Assembly: GCA_051013385.1 (NCBI GenBank)
Contig: CP143273.1
Coordinates: 544,001 to 608,000 of the forward strand
Length of the DNA stretch: 64,000 nt
From: Phormidium sp.
Lineage (GTDB): Bacteria; Cyanobacteriota; Cyanobacteriia; Cyanobacteriales; Aerosakkonemataceae
Direction: 5' to 3'
Below the pieces are notes generated by a model. It worked only from the letters and a program-made list of their open reading frames with translations, did not search any database and was not told where the DNA came from. Shown piece by piece: positions 1 through 10,656 of the stretch. Position numbers and translations under genes: made by a program. How positions within the stretch are numbered: position 1 is the stretch's first letter; every line of letters begins with the position of its first letter.

Positions 1-451
1 GAGATAAGGGAGTGTAGATGCTGTATTCCTTTTCTTCATGGAAAAAGCTGGCTAGTGGTTGGAGTGCTTCTGGTTCTAATGTGTTACCGTCTTCGTCTTG
101 GATTTCCAACTCTAGGAGTTCTTCTTCGTCAACGGGGGGTAGTTCACCTTCTACAGTCAAGACGAAGGGAGTGCGTTTGAGTTTGAGGTTTTTTTCTGCC
201 AAGACAGCTTGAGCGAGGGGGTAAATTTTGTCGATCGTTGCTTCCTCTTGAACTACTGATAGTTCCTCAGCTTCAGGATCGCCGATAAAAATATCTACTG
301 AGGCATCTACTGGCAGGAGAACGAGATATTCATCGTCTTCTAGCTCAATATATTCCTCTACGTAGCAGAGAAGTTCGCGACCTTCTGGATCGATCAAGCT
401 GACGATATCTTCTTCGTCTTGAGAATATAAATTGTCACTGTTGTCAGACAT
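1..451 (-). CDS. DUF3727-family protein (3' end runs off the window)
   Basis: Manual translation from ATG 451: MSDNSDNLYSQDEEDIVSLIDPEGRELLCYVEEYIELEDDEYLVLLPVDASVDIF; acidic; usual cyanobacterial neighbour of ruvX. Confidence 0.8.
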   Translation of the reverse strand, partial: MSDNSDNLYSQDEEDIVSLIDPEGRELLCYVEEYIELEDDEYLVLLPVDASVDIFIGDPEAEELSVVQEEATIDKIYPLAQAVLAEKNLKLKRTPFVLTVEGELPPVDEEELLELEIQDEDGNTLEPEALQPLASFFHEEKEYSIYTPLS

Positions 452-476
452 GGTTAGGCTCCAAAGGAGGGGAGTG

Positions 477-986
477 TTATTGTCGTTTACGACGTTCGTC
501 CAACCATTGTTGCAGAATTATTGCTGCGGCTTTGCGATCGATCAAATTTTTATTTCTTGAGGGGGATCTGTTTTCGGCTTTGAGCAGTTCTTCGGCTTGA
601 AAGGAGGTTAATCGCTCGTCTACATACTCCAAGGGCAGGTTTAAGGCTTTAGCATAAGTACGGGCGAGTTTTTGCACTTGTTTGGCTTGGTAGCCTAAAC
701 TGCCATCCATTGAGTAGGGTAATCCCACAACTAAGAGTTCTACTTCTCGTTCTGCGACTAGTTGTTGAAATTTTGCTATGTCTTGAGCAAAGGATTTGCG
801 CTCAATGGTGGTTAATCCGGTGGCGATTAAACCTGTGCGATCGCACCCTGCCACTCCGATCCGCTTGCGCCCAATATCCAGTCCCAATGCAGAGATTTGG
901 GGCAGGGAGGCAGGGGGGCAGGGAGGCAGGGGGGCAGGGGGGCAGAGGGGCAGGGGGGCAGAGGGGAGGTTTTGGTTTTCGGTCAT
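477..986 (-). CDS. ruvX: YqgF/RuvX family (Holliday junction resolvase-like, pre-16S rRNA nuclease)
   Basis: ALGLDIGRKRIGVA, VVGLP, VDERLTS, IDRKAAAIILQ motifs; start put at ATG 986 because the ORF upstream is translated simple repeat. Confidence 0.9.
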   Translation of the reverse strand: MTENQNLPSAPLPLCPPAPLPPCPPASLPQISALGLDIGRKRIGVAGCDRTGLIATGLTTIERKSFAQDIAKFQQLVAEREVELLVVGLPYSMDGSLGYQAKQVQKLARTYAKALNLPLEYVDERLTSFQAEELLKAENRSPSRNKNLIDRKAAAIILQQWLDERRKRQ

Positions 987-1045
987 AGGTTTAAGTAAAG
1001 GCAGAGGGCAGAAGGCAGAAGGCAGAAGGCAGAAGGCAGAAGGCA
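900..1045 (+). repeat. Short tandem repeats: 8-mer GGGGGCAG/GGCAGAGG tract (900-968) and 7-mer GGCAGAA tract (~1000-1045)
   Basis: Directly visible; STRR-like cyanobacterial repeats. Confidence 0.9.
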
Positions 1046-1103
1046 AGGAAGGGTAAAGGGTAAAGGTTAAACTCTGCTCCCATCTCCCCATCTCGCCATC
1101 TTC

Positions 1104-2345
1104 CTATTTCCCTTGCTCCTCTGCCCCTCTGCTCCTCTGCCCCTCTGCTCCCCTGCTGCCGGAGTCCCCTTCTGGGCTATCGTAGTTGGTAGCCATTTCT
1201 CCTGCGGAAGTATGAGAGGGGGTTGATTCTGGGGTAGCTAGTTGGCGAGATTTTAACCAAGTCATTCGTCCGGGGACTGGTTGGCGCGATCGTTGTAAGC
1301 CTTGCAACATTTCTGAGAGTTGCAATCCTTCCAAGGCGAATTTAGATTCGCGGATTTTGTGCCAAACGGAACGAGACATTAATAGAGTGTGGGCGATTCT
1401 TTGTGCGCCAATTTGTTCTAAAAATTCTTCGCGTTCTGGTTGGTAGTCTGCTGAGGTTAGTTGTAAGGGTTGGGCGGGGAAGTCTTGGGCGATGCGTGCC
1501 ATTTGGGAGAGCAGTTCTGGATAGAGCCAGGTATAAGCTGGGTGAACTGTTAATTCAGCTTTGTGGGGTTCTTTTCCGCTGCGACTGAGTTGGAGTTGAA
1601 AATAACCGATCGCTGCCTTACGCTGGGGTTCAAATACATAACCGCTGACTACTTCGGTTTGGCTGAACCATTGGCGCATTCCTTCGATGAGGGCGCTGAA
1701 GAAACCTGTTTTAAAATCTTGGACGTGGCGATCGAATACTTGCCGCACTAATGGTGGCATTGCCGCTGTATCTAATTGATAGAGCAGTTGCGCGTCGGCG
1801 TTACTCACTGGGAGCAAGTTGGGTAAATCTGGCTCTCGTTCTTGCAGTTCTGCTAATAATGATGGTGAGATTTCCCAAGCGGTTAACTGCGCTAATGGTT
1901 GAAATCCATTTTGCCGATAGAGGGCTAAGGTATTTTTGTCGTTGATGTTAACTTCAAGCAACCAAGTGCGTGCTTCCCAGATTGTTTCAAAGCAGTGGCG
2001 TAGCAGTAGGGAACCAACTGCTTGGCTGCGTGTTTGGCGATCGACTATTACCCTTTCTACTCGCCATGTGCTGCGGGTACGATTAAATGGTTTAACTTGA
2101 ATCATGCCCCTAACTTGTTGTTCTTCCTGAGCAACATAAGCACATAATTCGTAGCGTAATGGGTTAGGAAATAGACTCAAAAATTTCCATAGCCCGTAGG
2201 ACTGGTTAAGCCGCTCTAGGTGTTCTTTTGTCTCATTCAGAGTTTCGAGGTTGTTTGCCTGTGCGATCGCACTTAGCGCTTCTAAGTCCCGGCGTTGTAG
2301 GGGACGGATCGCAACTTTTGGCTCCTGGGGTGGGAATGGGGTCAT
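1104..2345 (-). CDS. GNAT-family N-acetyltransferase
   Basis: RSQAVGSLLL acetyl-CoA motif, LEVNINDKNTLALYRQNGF; C-terminal tail derived from 8-mer repeats. Confidence 0.85.
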   Translation of the reverse strand: MTPFPPQEPKVAIRPLQRRDLEALSAIAQANNLETLNETKEHLERLNQSYGLWKFLSLFPNPLRYELCAYVAQEEQQVRGMIQVKPFNRTRSTWRVERVIVDRQTRSQAVGSLLLRHCFETIWEARTWLLEVNINDKNTLALYRQNGFQPLAQLTAWEISPSLLAELQEREPDLPNLLPVSNADAQLLYQLDTAAMPPLVRQVFDRHVQDFKTGFFSALIEGMRQWFSQTEVVSGYVFEPQRKAAIGYFQLQLSRSGKEPHKAELTVHPAYTWLYPELLSQMARIAQDFPAQPLQLTSADYQPEREEFLEQIGAQRIAHTLLMSRSVWHKIRESKFALEGLQLSEMLQGLQRSRQPVPGRMTWLKSRQLATPESTPSHTSAGEMATNYDSPEGDSGSRGAEGQRSRGAEEQGK

Positions 2346-2968
2346 GTGTACTCAGGCTCTTCTTTTGCCTTGGGTAAGATTATTGCTGTAATATATTCTC
2401 ACTGGTTCCAGCCAGATTCTATTACAGCTAGGAAAGGGATTTATTTAATTTTCCACCTACAAAACTCCGCCCTTGAAAACGGGTTTTTTAGTTAGGGGGC
2501 TGCGGTATCTGGGTTTAGCTAAATGATTTGCTTCCCAGTTTCCCGCTGCTCTTGGTTTTTCAGACTAGTTGGCATTATCCAGTTTCAGTGTAGCACTCGA
2601 ACAGGGTGGGTTTTATTGGGTTAACATATTGAGACTATTTAAGCATTATTACTTAATCAATCATTTATTCGTTTTCCAGCTTCTGGAGATGGGTATCTGT
2701 TGGCATTAATTAAAAGTTGTCTTTCGGTGGTGCGATCGCTATTATTAAACAGAAAAATTTTCTTTGTCACTTCTCTAATATCTGTCAATGGTTGAATCGT
2801 TGCGCCTTCAATGCGGAAATGTTCGGAATGGCGATCGCAACTAATGAACCTACAATTTTTCTACTCTATCTTTAAATGCCAGAGTCTAACCTTATCGGAT
2901 TCATAAATGACAGGACTTATCCTGTAGCTATATTTCTTTTCAAGCTCTTTTATTGAATCCAAAGTATA

Positions 2969-3033
2969 GTAGGGTGCGTCAGACATTTAACTGAATTGTT
3001 TCCCCAGTAAATTTTCGCTCTGACGCACCCTAC
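2969..3033. repeat. REP doublet (REPIN), family A: GTAGGGTGCGTCAGA-spacer-TCTGACGCACCCTAC
   Basis: Perfect 15-bp inverted arms starting GTAG, directly downstream of the RAYT gene. Confidence 0.9.
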
Positions 3034-3051
3034 TATTCTATAAGTATGAAA

Positions 3052-3603
3052 TTATTCATTGCCAACATTTTCAGGAATATTAGGTTCTATATTTGCACCC
3101 CAATCTACAGGATAAATTCCTTGTTTGACAAACCGATGAAAACTAGAAAATTCCCAATCTTTAGGAGATTGGCATAGTCCATGCTTTACAGGATTATAGT
3201 GAATATAATCACAATGATTATTAAAATCAGTTTCATCTTTAATTAAATGCTCCCAATAACGTCTTTGCCATAAGTTCTTTTCCTGACGCTTTTGGCGAGA
3301 TAGACTAATTTCGGTTGGTAATTGTAATTTATGCCCACAACTTCGAGTGACAAAATTTTTTAAATAACGCCAACGACCTACATAATTACTATCTCCTTCA
3401 GGTAAAGTCCAAATACAATGAAAATGATCGGGCAAAAGTACGATCGCATCTAGTGAAAATGGATACAATTTTTGCAATCTTTGTAAACCTTTTCGCAAAC
3501 TTTCTCGACTAATATCACTACATAGCCAGGGTATTCTTTGATAAGTTACTTGGGTAAAAAAATAAGTTGCCCCAGGTATGATTACTCTTCGATAATTAGG
3601 CAT
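3052..3603 (-). CDS. REP-associated tyrosine transposase (RAYT, Y1 HUH family)
   Basis: MPNYRR..GATYFFT, LPDHFHCIW (HUH), LWQRRYWEH, DYIHYNPVKHG, WEFSS; flanked by REPINs. Confidence 0.93.
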   Translation of the reverse strand: MPNYRRVIIPGATYFFTQVTYQRIPWLCSDISRESLRKGLQRLQKLYPFSLDAIVLLPDHFHCIWTLPEGDSNYVGRWRYLKNFVTRSCGHKLQLPTEISLSRQKRQEKNLWQRRYWEHLIKDETDFNNHCDYIHYNPVKHGLCQSPKDWEFSSFHRFVKQGIYPVDWGANIEPNIPENVGNE

Positions 3604-3635
3604 AATAAGAAATCCAACTAAGATTATCTTACCTT

Positions 3636-3699
3636 GTAGGGTGCGTCAGAGCAAAAATTACTGGTAAAACAATACACTTAAATGTCTGACGCACCCTAC
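3636..3699. repeat. REPIN family A upstream of the RAYT
   Basis: Same arms; its spacer is a reverse-complement homologue of the 2969-3033 spacer. Confidence 0.9.
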
Positions 3700-3882
3700 A
3701 ACTTGATGTGTAAGATCAGATTTGTTTTTTTAAACAGATGACTTAATCGACTTTATGCAAAAAAATGCGAAACTTTCTCGCTTCACCTCAATATGTACAA
3801 AATCGTTATCCCATAACATACTGTCTCCTAAATAGCGATAAAGTAACTAATATAACTGAGAGATAGATTAGGAGAATAGTTG

Positions 3883-6492
3883 ATGTTGTCAGCTTATCGT
3901 CAGCAGGTAGAAGAACGGGCGAAATTGGGGATACCGCCGCTACCGCTTTCGGCGCAAGAGACTTCGGAACTTTGCGAGTTACTGAAAAATCCGCCTGCTG
4001 GGGAGGAGGAACACTTAGTGGAATTATTGCGCGATCGCGTTCCCCCCGGTGTAGATCCCGCTGCTTACGTAAAAGCTGGATTTCTCACCGCTATTGCCAA
4101 AGGGGAAATCACCAGTCCTTTGATTGCTCCTGAATGGGCGGTATATTTGTTAGGGACGATGGTAGGTGGATACAATGTGCAATCTTTGATTGAATTGTTG
4201 AAATCAAAAAATCCTGCCACTGCATCTAACGCTGCCTCAGCTTTAAGCAAAACATTGTTAGTTTTTGATGCTTTCAATGATGTAATTGAAATGTCAGATT
4301 CTAACCCTTATGCTAAACAAGTGGTTGACTCTTGGGCGAATGCGGAATGGTTTACTAGTCGTCCAAAATTACCAGAACAAATTACAGTAACGGTGTTTAA
4401 AGTTCCAGGGGAAACTAACACTGATGACTTATCTCCTGCAACCCATGCTACCACGCGCCCGGACATTCCTTTGCACGCTTTAGCAATGTTAGAAAGTCGG
4501 ATGCCTGGGGGTTTAGAAACTATTGCCGAGTTGAAGGAAAAAGGACATCCTGTTGCTTATGTTGGGGATGTAGTTGGTACTGGATCTTCGCGGAAATCAG
4601 CGATTAATTCGGTGTTGTGGCATATCGGTAATGATATTCCTTTTGTGCCGAACAAACGGGCGGGGGGATATATTTTAGGAAGTGCGATCGCTCCCATCTT
4701 TTTTAACACAGCTGAAGATGCAGGTGCATTACCCATTGAATGCGATGTTACCCAGCTAGAAACAGGCATGGTAATCAACATTTATCCCTACAAAGGAGAG
4801 ATTACCAACGAAGCAGGAGAAGTAATTTCCACCTTTACTTTAAAACCCGAAACTATCCTTGATGAAGTACGTGCAGGTGGGAGAATTCCCCTATTAATTG
4901 GACGTAGTTTAACAGACAAAACTCGCGAAGCTTTGGGAAGGGAACCTAGCACTTTATTCGTCCGTCCTCAACCTCCAGAAGATACAGGCAAAGGCTTTAC
5001 TTTAGCTCAAAAAATGGTCGGTAAAGCTTGCGGTTTGCCAGGGGTTCGTCCGGGAACTTCTTGCACACCAATCATGACAACTGTTGGTTCTCAAGATACC
5101 ACAGGTCCGATGACCAGAGATGAGTTAAAAGAACTCGCTTGTTTAGGATTTAGTGCCGATTTAGTAATGCAAAGTTTCTGTCATACTGCCGCATATCCTA
5201 AACCAGTTGACGTGAAAACTCACAAAGAATTACCTGATTTTATGGCACAACGGGGCGGTGTTTCTTTACGTCCGGGAGATGGGATTATTCACTCTTGGTT
5301 AAACCGAATGTTACTACCCGATACAGTAGGAACAGGCGGTGATTCTCACACTCGTTTTCCGTTAGGAATTTCCTTCCCCGCAGGTTCAGGTTTAGTAGCT
5401 TTTGCTGCTGCTTTGGGTGTCATGCCTTTGGATATGCCAGAATCAGTTTTGGTGCGTTTCAAAGGTGAATTGCAACCCGGAATTACCCTGCGAGATATTG
5501 TGAATGCAATTCCTTATGTAGCAATGCAAAAAGGTTTGCTAACTGTCGCTAAACAGAACAAGAAAAACGTCTTTTCCGGGCGAATTATGGAAATTGAAGG
5601 GTTGCCCGATTTAAAAGTTGAGCAAGCTTTTGAATTAACCGATGCTAGCGCTGAACGTTCTTGTGCTGGTTGCACAATTAAACTGAGCGTTGAGACAGTT
5701 TCGGAATATCTCCGTTCCAATATTGCACTGTTGAAAAACATGGTAGCGAGGGGTTATCAAGATGCCCGAACTATCATGCGTCGGGTGGCAAAAATGGAGG
5801 AATGGTTAGCAAATCCGGTGTTAATGGAAGGTGATGCTGATGCGGAGTATGCCGAAATAATTGAAATTGATTTAAATGAAATCAAAGAACCAATTGTAGC
5901 GGCTCCAAATGACCCGGATAATGTTAAGTTATTGTCGGAAGTTGCTAACGATCCAGTGCAAGAAGTATTCGTCGGTTCTTGTATGACGAATATCGGACAT
6001 TATCGCGCCACTGCGAAAGTTTTAGAAGGTGAAGGTTCAGTAAATACTCGGTTGTGGATTTGTCCGCCAACAAGGATGGATGAAAAGCAGCTGAAAGAAG
6101 AGGGATATTACGGGATTTTTGGTGCTGCTGGTGCGCGTACAGAAATGCCTGGTTGCAGTTTATGTATGGGTAATCAAGCGCGTGTGGCAGATGGTACAAC
6201 CGTGTTTTCAACTTCTACCCGAAATTTCAATAATCGCATGGGTAAAGATGCGCGAGTTTACCTTGGTTCCGCTGAGTTAGCTGCTGTTTGTGCGCTGTTA
6301 GGAAGAATCCCAACTGTGCAGGAATATCTGGAACTTGTGGCGAAGAAGATTAATCCTTTTGCTGGTGATTTGTATCGCTATTTGAACTTCGATCAAATTG
6401 CTGGTTTTGCGGATGAAGGACGGGTGATTCCGTTAGAAGATATGCCGCGAATTGAGGATATTTTGGGGATGCCTGTGAAGGCTGGTAAATAG
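3883..6492 (+). CDS. acnB: Aconitate hydratase B
   Basis: [64 protein letters not shown] upstream. Confidence 0.98.
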   Translation: MLSAYRQQVEERAKLGIPPLPLSAQETSELCELLKNPPAGEEEHLVELLRDRVPPGVDPAAYVKAGFLTAIAKGEITSPLIAPEWAVYLLGTMVGGYNVQSLIELLKSKNPATASNAASALSKTLLVFDAFNDVIEMSDSNPYAKQVVDSWANAEWFTSRPKLPEQITVTVFKVPGETNTDDLSPATHATTRPDIPLHALAMLESRMPGGLETIAELKEKGHPVAYVGDVVGTGSSRKSAINSVLWHIGNDIPFVPNKRAGGYILGSAIAPIFFNTAEDAGALPIECDVTQLETGMVINIYPYKGEITNEAGEVISTFTLKPETILDEVRAGGRIPLLIGRSLTDKTREALGREPSTLFVRPQPPEDTGKGFTLAQKMVGKACGLPGVRPGTSCTPIMTTVGSQDTTGPMTRDELKELACLGFSADLVMQSFCHTAAYPKPVDVKTHKELPDFMAQRGGVSLRPGDGIIHSWLNRMLLPDTVGTGGDSHTRFPLGISFPAGSGLVAFAAALGVMPLDMPESVLVRFKGELQPGITLRDIVNAIPYVAMQKGLLTVAKQNKKNVFSGRIMEIEGLPDLKVEQAFELTDASAERSCAGCTIKLSVETVSEYLRSNIALLKNMVARGYQDARTIMRRVAKMEEWLANPVLMEGDADAEYAEIIEIDLNEIKEPIVAAPNDPDNVKLLSEVANDPVQEVFVGSCMTNIGHYRATAKVLEGEGSVNTRLWICPPTRMDEKQLKEEGYYGIFGAAGARTEMPGCSLCMGNQARVADGTTVFSTSTRNFNNRMGKDARVYLGSAELAAVCALLGRIPTVQEYLELVAKKINPFAGDLYRYLNFDQIAGFADEGRVIPLEDMPRIEDILGMPVKAGK

Positions 6493-6495
6493 TTA

Positions 6496-6525
6496 AATTA
6501 AGGTGGGCAAAAGCCCACCTTAATT
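6496..6525. terminator. Hairpin after acnB (terminator or REP-type palindrome)
   Basis: AATTAAGGTGGGC-AAAA-GCCCACCTTAATT. Confidence 0.6.
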
Positions 6526-6551
6526 AAGTGATAAATAATAGGAGATTAGGT

Positions 6552-7007
6552 ATGATTCAGAGAGCGATCGCAACTCCCAATAGTCTCTACGAACAAGACT
6601 TTTATCTGTGGATAGAAACTACTGCTCAACAGTTAAAAGAAGGCAAATTTGATGAAGTAGATCTGACTAATTTAATAGAAGAAATTGAAAGTATGGGTAG
6701 AAGTGAAAAACGAGAATTGAAAAGTCGTTTAATTGTGCTTTTAATGCACTTGCTAAAATGGCAATATCAACCAGAAAAACGTAGCGAAAGTTGGCGTAGT
6801 ACTATCAGCGAACAGCGGATTTGTATTGAGGGATTACTAGAAGATAGTCCCAGCTTAAAACCTCTAATTTCCGAGGTGTTTGATGATTGTTATCAAAAAG
6901 CTCGTCTGAAAGCAGCGGATGAAACAGGAATTAAGTTAAACTTTTTTCCGAAAGAATCGCCTTTTACTTTAGAAGAAACTTTGCAAGCTAGTTTGTTAGA
7001 TTCATAA
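6552..7007 (+). CDS. DUF29-family protein
   Basis: LYEQDFYLWI, NLIEEIESMGRSEKR, LLMHLLKWQYQP, SWRSTI..QR, SPSLK; GGAG before ATG 6552. Confidence 0.92.
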   Translation: MIQRAIATPNSLYEQDFYLWIETTAQQLKEGKFDEVDLTNLIEEIESMGRSEKRELKSRLIVLLMHLLKWQYQPEKRSESWRSTISEQRICIEGLLEDSPSLKPLISEVFDDCYQKARLKAADETGIKLNFFPKESPFTLEETLQASLLDS

Positions 7008-7037
7008 TATAAACACCATTTATTAACAGGTGAAGCA

Positions 7038-7304
7038 ATGGAATTTTATACGGTAGTACTCAGGCAAAGTGCAGGTTATTGGGTGGCTTTGTGTTTAGAG
7101 AATGGATTAGTAGGACAGGGAAGTAATGCAGATGACTCTATTAGCAAACTTAAAGAGGCTATAGAATCTTTTGAAGAGGTTTATGAAACAGAAACAAATG
7201 TTTATAATGCTCCGATTTGTATAGAAGAATTGCATGAATTTTTAACTATTGAGGGGGAGGATATTCGCTCAGATATTTATGAATTAAGGAAAGTTTATGC
7301 CTAA
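7038..7304 (+). CDS. hicB: HicB-family antitoxin
   Basis: YWVALCLENGLVGQG...LKEAI pattern; overlaps the HicA-like gene. Confidence 0.75.
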   Translation: MEFYTVVLRQSAGYWVALCLENGLVGQGSNADDSISKLKEAIESFEEVYETETNVYNAPICIEELHEFLTIEGEDIRSDIYELRKVYA

Positions 7305-7536
7305 AAATATACCTTCCCTCAAACCGAAGCAGTTAATCAAAATTTTGGAAAGAGGTGGCTGTACATTTTATAGAGAGGGAAAAGGCGATCATTGTTTATA
7401 TATTCGTGAATTTGAGGATCAACGGAGAATTGTTCCTATTGATATGGGTGCCGGAGAAATGTCACCTGCTTATGTGTTGCGGATTTTTAGGCAATTTGGG
7501 TTTACTGATGAGGAGATTATTAACCTTTTAGGCTAG
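7297..7536 (+). CDS. hicA: HicA-family toxin
   Basis: LKPKQLIKILERGG, GKGDH motif, 79 aa, basic. Confidence 0.8.
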   Translation: MPKNIPSLKPKQLIKILERGGCTFYREGKGDHCLYIREFEDQRRIVPIDMGAGEMSPAYVLRIFRQFGFTDEEIINLLG

Positions 7537-7569
7537 AGAAAACTGAATTTGTCACTACTTAAACAACTA

Positions 7570-8934
7570 TCAATTTTGGCGATAAATATTCAGATATTCC
7601 CGAAAAATCGGAGATAAATTAAACAAAATCTCTTCGCTTTCTATTTTTTTGAGCAAATAACGTTGATTTAAAGATAGTAACCCATTAATCAAATCCGTTG
7701 ACGACAAGGATAAACTTTGTCTTAATTCTTCTCTTGATGTCGGTTGATTAAATTTACTTAATTCTAAAAGTATCTGTTGTTCTACTGGGGTTAATCGGTC
7801 AAATAATTCACTTAATCGAAATTTGATATCTTCTGTTAAGTGTAAAGTCTCTTCTCTGACAAATTCATCGGCTTTGCCAAATAAAATATTTTTAATTAAA
7901 TTAGCAATATCTTTTAAATAAGCTGGATTACCTTCATATAATTCAATCAGCTTTGACCAGCTTTCTTCATCTTTTAAACCTAAAGCTTTGAGAATTTCGA
8001 TATCGTCTAATCCTGGTAATTCTAAGCACTTAATAGGATATAGTTCTTCGTCTAAGCAAAGCATTTCTTGGCATTGTTCTTGACTGATTAAGATTACGGT
8101 GCTTTGATGTTCGAGTTCGGTGATTTTTGTCAGGAAGGTTTTATAATTTTTGGTTTCAGTTTTGTATTGTCCGGCAAATTGTCCGCTGGTAAATAAGTCT
8201 TGCACGTCGTCAAGGATAATTAAACATCTTTGCTGGCGTAAAAGGTTGAGTAATTGAGTTAGTTTATTTTCGGTTTGAATAGGTTCGTAATTAATAAGGG
8301 TGAAAATATCAGTAATAATGTTGTCTAAGGATGGGGAGAGTTTGATACTTTTCCAGATGATTAGAGCGAATTCGTGTAGGTTTGAGTCAACGAACTGTTT
8401 AACTAGGGTGGTTTTACCAATTCCACTTAGTCCTAAAACTGAGATGAGGCGGGGGTTTTGAGTGGTTATCCAGTGGGAGAGGATTTGGAGTTGGGTTGTG
8501 CGATCGTAAAAATGTGTGATTTTCGGTGCTAGGGTTAAATCATACTGGGATTTTTTAGCCAAATCGATTTGAGCTTCTTTATTAGAACTAGTATCATTTT
8601 TTTGATTTAATGGACATAAATTAAAACTACTATTGATTCCTATGCAAAAAAAGGACGAGTTGGGCGAATATGAATTCTTTAATCTCTCTATTGTCGCGCA
8701 GAAATTTGATTTATTAACATCTTCTCCTAACTGTTCAGATAAAATTTTATATAATTCACGGCTAACATTGCCGATATGATTTTCACTATCATAGCCAAAC
8801 TCTTTAGCCATTTCAGCGTAAGTTTTACCGTGCCAAATTCCTTGAACTACATTCTTTTGCAAGTTATTGAGATGGTTCCCTGTATAGTTGAAAACTAACT
8901 CATCCACCAGTTGTAAAACTTCCGTTACAGTCAT
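7570..8934 (-). CDS. HTH-NB-ARC (STAND ATPase)-wHTH protein without sensor repeats, paralog 1
   Basis: N-terminal HTH (GKTYAEMAKEFGY), Walker A GLSGIGKTT, Walker B LIILDD, GNPAYL; ATG 8934 matches paralog 2. Confidence 0.88.
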   Translation of the reverse strand: MTVTEVLQLVDELVFNYTGNHLNNLQKNVVQGIWHGKTYAEMAKEFGYDSENHIGNVSRELYKILSEQLGEDVNKSNFCATIERLKNSYSPNSSFFCIGINSSFNLCPLNQKNDTSSNKEAQIDLAKKSQYDLTLAPKITHFYDRTTQLQILSHWITTQNPRLISVLGLSGIGKTTLVKQFVDSNLHEFALIIWKSIKLSPSLDNIITDIFTLINYEPIQTENKLTQLLNLLRQQRCLIILDDVQDLFTSGQFAGQYKTETKNYKTFLTKITELEHQSTVILISQEQCQEMLCLDEELYPIKCLELPGLDDIEILKALGLKDEESWSKLIELYEGNPAYLKDIANLIKNILFGKADEFVREETLHLTEDIKFRLSELFDRLTPVEQQILLELSKFNQPTSREELRQSLSLSSTDLINGLLSLNQRYLLKKIESEEILFNLSPIFREYLNIYRQN

Positions 8935-9152
8935 AGAAACCAGGTAGAGCAAACTTTTCAGATATTATAGCCTAGTTTTATGCAAGATTATCAAGGGTTT
9001 TCAAGGGTTTTCGTTATGTTTTTTTTACAAAAGACAGTAGAAAAACAAGTTTTTTCGTGTGGCAGTGTTAAGACCGGGAGATTTAGACTCTTATAAGAAA
9101 AAGTAAAAGTATCTTATTCTCAACAGTCAATCTAAAGACAGCGTAATTATTT
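8935..9152. promoter_or_regulatory. Divergent promoter with 10-bp phased direct repeats (TCAAGGGTTT x2, 8991-9010)
   Basis: Same layout as 15884-16085, including a shared GG(C/T)AGTG..TTA...GGGA..TTTAG block and a candidate -10 TAGACT (9084-9089). Confidence 0.55.
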
Positions 9153-9800
9153 ATGTTTGACAAAATTTTAACTTTTGTGACTCCAGGCCCAATGACTGAA
9201 ACTTTCAGTTTTCGCGCAAGAGTCTTTTACAGTTGGATTAGTTTAGGAGTAATTCTAACATTAATTATGGCTATCAGATCTTTAATGTTAGGATACCCGA
9301 TAGATATTGAATCATTAATAGCATTACCAATTGTTTTTTGTTTATTTGGTTTATTCGGTCTAGGACTAGATTCTATTCGGGGACGTAGTTCTGAGTATCC
9401 GGGCTGGTACTGGTTGCTATTTCCAATTTTAACTTATTTAGTAATAGGTTTTGTGTTAAGCTTTGCGCTCATCGGTTTTCTTTTGGGATTTGGAGGAGTT
9501 AGATTACCACAACCGCCCAAAATGGTTCGTAACCCTAAATCTTCTAAAATAGATCCTCAAAAATTTCGGCAGGAACTTAAAAATATGAAAGCCGAAGAGT
9601 TACTAAAAGAGTTTGATAAACAGCTTAAAGAGATTGAGCAAAGTAATAAAATTAAGCCAGAAGAAAAGAAAGTTATTAAAAAACTTAAAGCCTTAGATCG
9701 TACAGGGTTACGTTCTGAACTAAGAGAAGCACTCAATGATGATGAAATGGAAATTTTATTTCTGCTAATTCTAAAATTACTTGGTTTTGAATTGAGGTGA
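9153..9800 (+). CDS. Hypothetical membrane protein (about 3 TM helices plus charged helical C-terminus)
   Basis: Hydrophobic segments in the first ~115 aa; K/E-rich tail. Confidence 0.75.
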   Translation: MFDKILTFVTPGPMTETFSFRARVFYSWISLGVILTLIMAIRSLMLGYPIDIESLIALPIVFCLFGLFGLGLDSIRGRSSEYPGWYWLLFPILTYLVIGFVLSFALIGFLLGFGGVRLPQPPKMVRNPKSSKIDPQKFRQELKNMKAEELLKEFDKQLKEIEQSNKIKPEEKKVIKKLKALDRTGLRSELREALNDDEMEILFLLILKLLGFELR

Positions 9801-9804
9801 TCCA

Positions 9805-10407
9805 ATGGGTATCAGACAGTGGAGTAGATGTTATATTTCCGCATCAATTTGTCACAAATACAACAACATTAAGCCAGGTGAATACTTGGTTATGTATGAT
9901 GGGTCAACAGGAGAATTTATTATCAAAGATCCAATTCAGGGGAAGATTGTATATAACGAGCAGATTAACTCTCTTGAAGATCTAGCTTACCTTGCACCTA
10001 ATAAAGAAGCGTCTGAAGCTATCCAACGACTTCAACCTAAAAAACAACCATCACTAGGAGGAGGATATAACAATCACCATATCATTTTACACCATCTTTG
10101 GGATGAGTGCGAAATAACAATAAGAGCGGAAAGATATGGTGTTTTGAAGAAAGATGGTAATGAAAACTTAATGCCTCTACCAGACGAATTTCATGCCAAA
10201 AATCATGGCTTATCTTCACAATATTCTAGGACGCTTCGTCATCATTTAGAAAAGCGATGGAATCAGCTGGTTGATGCAGGTTTGGATGAAGATCCTAATG
10301 CAATTAGGGAAGCTCTTCTCGAAATTATAGAATTTATTAGAGAAGAATTAACAATTTTGTTAAAAGAGAAAGGAAAAACTATACGAAATTTCTATATGCG
10401 CGATTGA
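9805..10407 (+). CDS. Putative AHH-like HNH/EndoVII-fold nuclease
   Basis: NHHII...N..NLMPLP...H...H....Y pattern resembles the AHH toxin-nuclease signature. Confidence 0.6.
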   Translation: MGIRQWSRCYISASICHKYNNIKPGEYLVMYDGSTGEFIIKDPIQGKIVYNEQINSLEDLAYLAPNKEASEAIQRLQPKKQPSLGGGYNNHHIILHHLWDECEITIRAERYGVLKKDGNENLMPLPDEFHAKNHGLSSQYSRTLRHHLEKRWNQLVDAGLDEDPNAIREALLEIIEFIREELTILLKEKGKTIRNFYMRD

Positions 10408-10454
10408 TAAATAATTTGTTGACCTTTTGAGTCTTTAATTTACAGAATGTGAGT

Positions 10455-10651
10455 GCGATCGCCCATCTCATACTTTCCATCAGACCAAAAAAGTTATTGA
10501 TCAGATAATCAAGTTAACTATCTGACGCACCCTACAAAGTTTTTTGATTTGATGCGATCGATATGCCTACGACAGGCTACGCCAACGCACTTTTCACCCG
10601 ACAAATGCGCTGTTAAATCTGGTCGAGAGAGAGGTTAGTTAGTGCGATCGC
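10455..10651. repeat. Island scaffold repeat: HIP1 sites, half REPIN A (10521-10535) and a 23-nt insertion within HIP1
   Basis: Segments recur at 20191-20269, 20903-20973 and 21798-21862. Confidence 0.85.
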
Positions 10652-10656
10652 TCTTT

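Noticed and set aside
710..1091. ORFs 710-988, 796-1056 and the N-terminal extension of ruvX to 1091
   Set aside because: They are translations of simple G-rich repeats.
2346..2960. Gene or ncRNA in the spacer upstream of the GNAT gene
   Set aside because: No recognisable ORF or RNA motif by eye; an Rfam scan would be needed.
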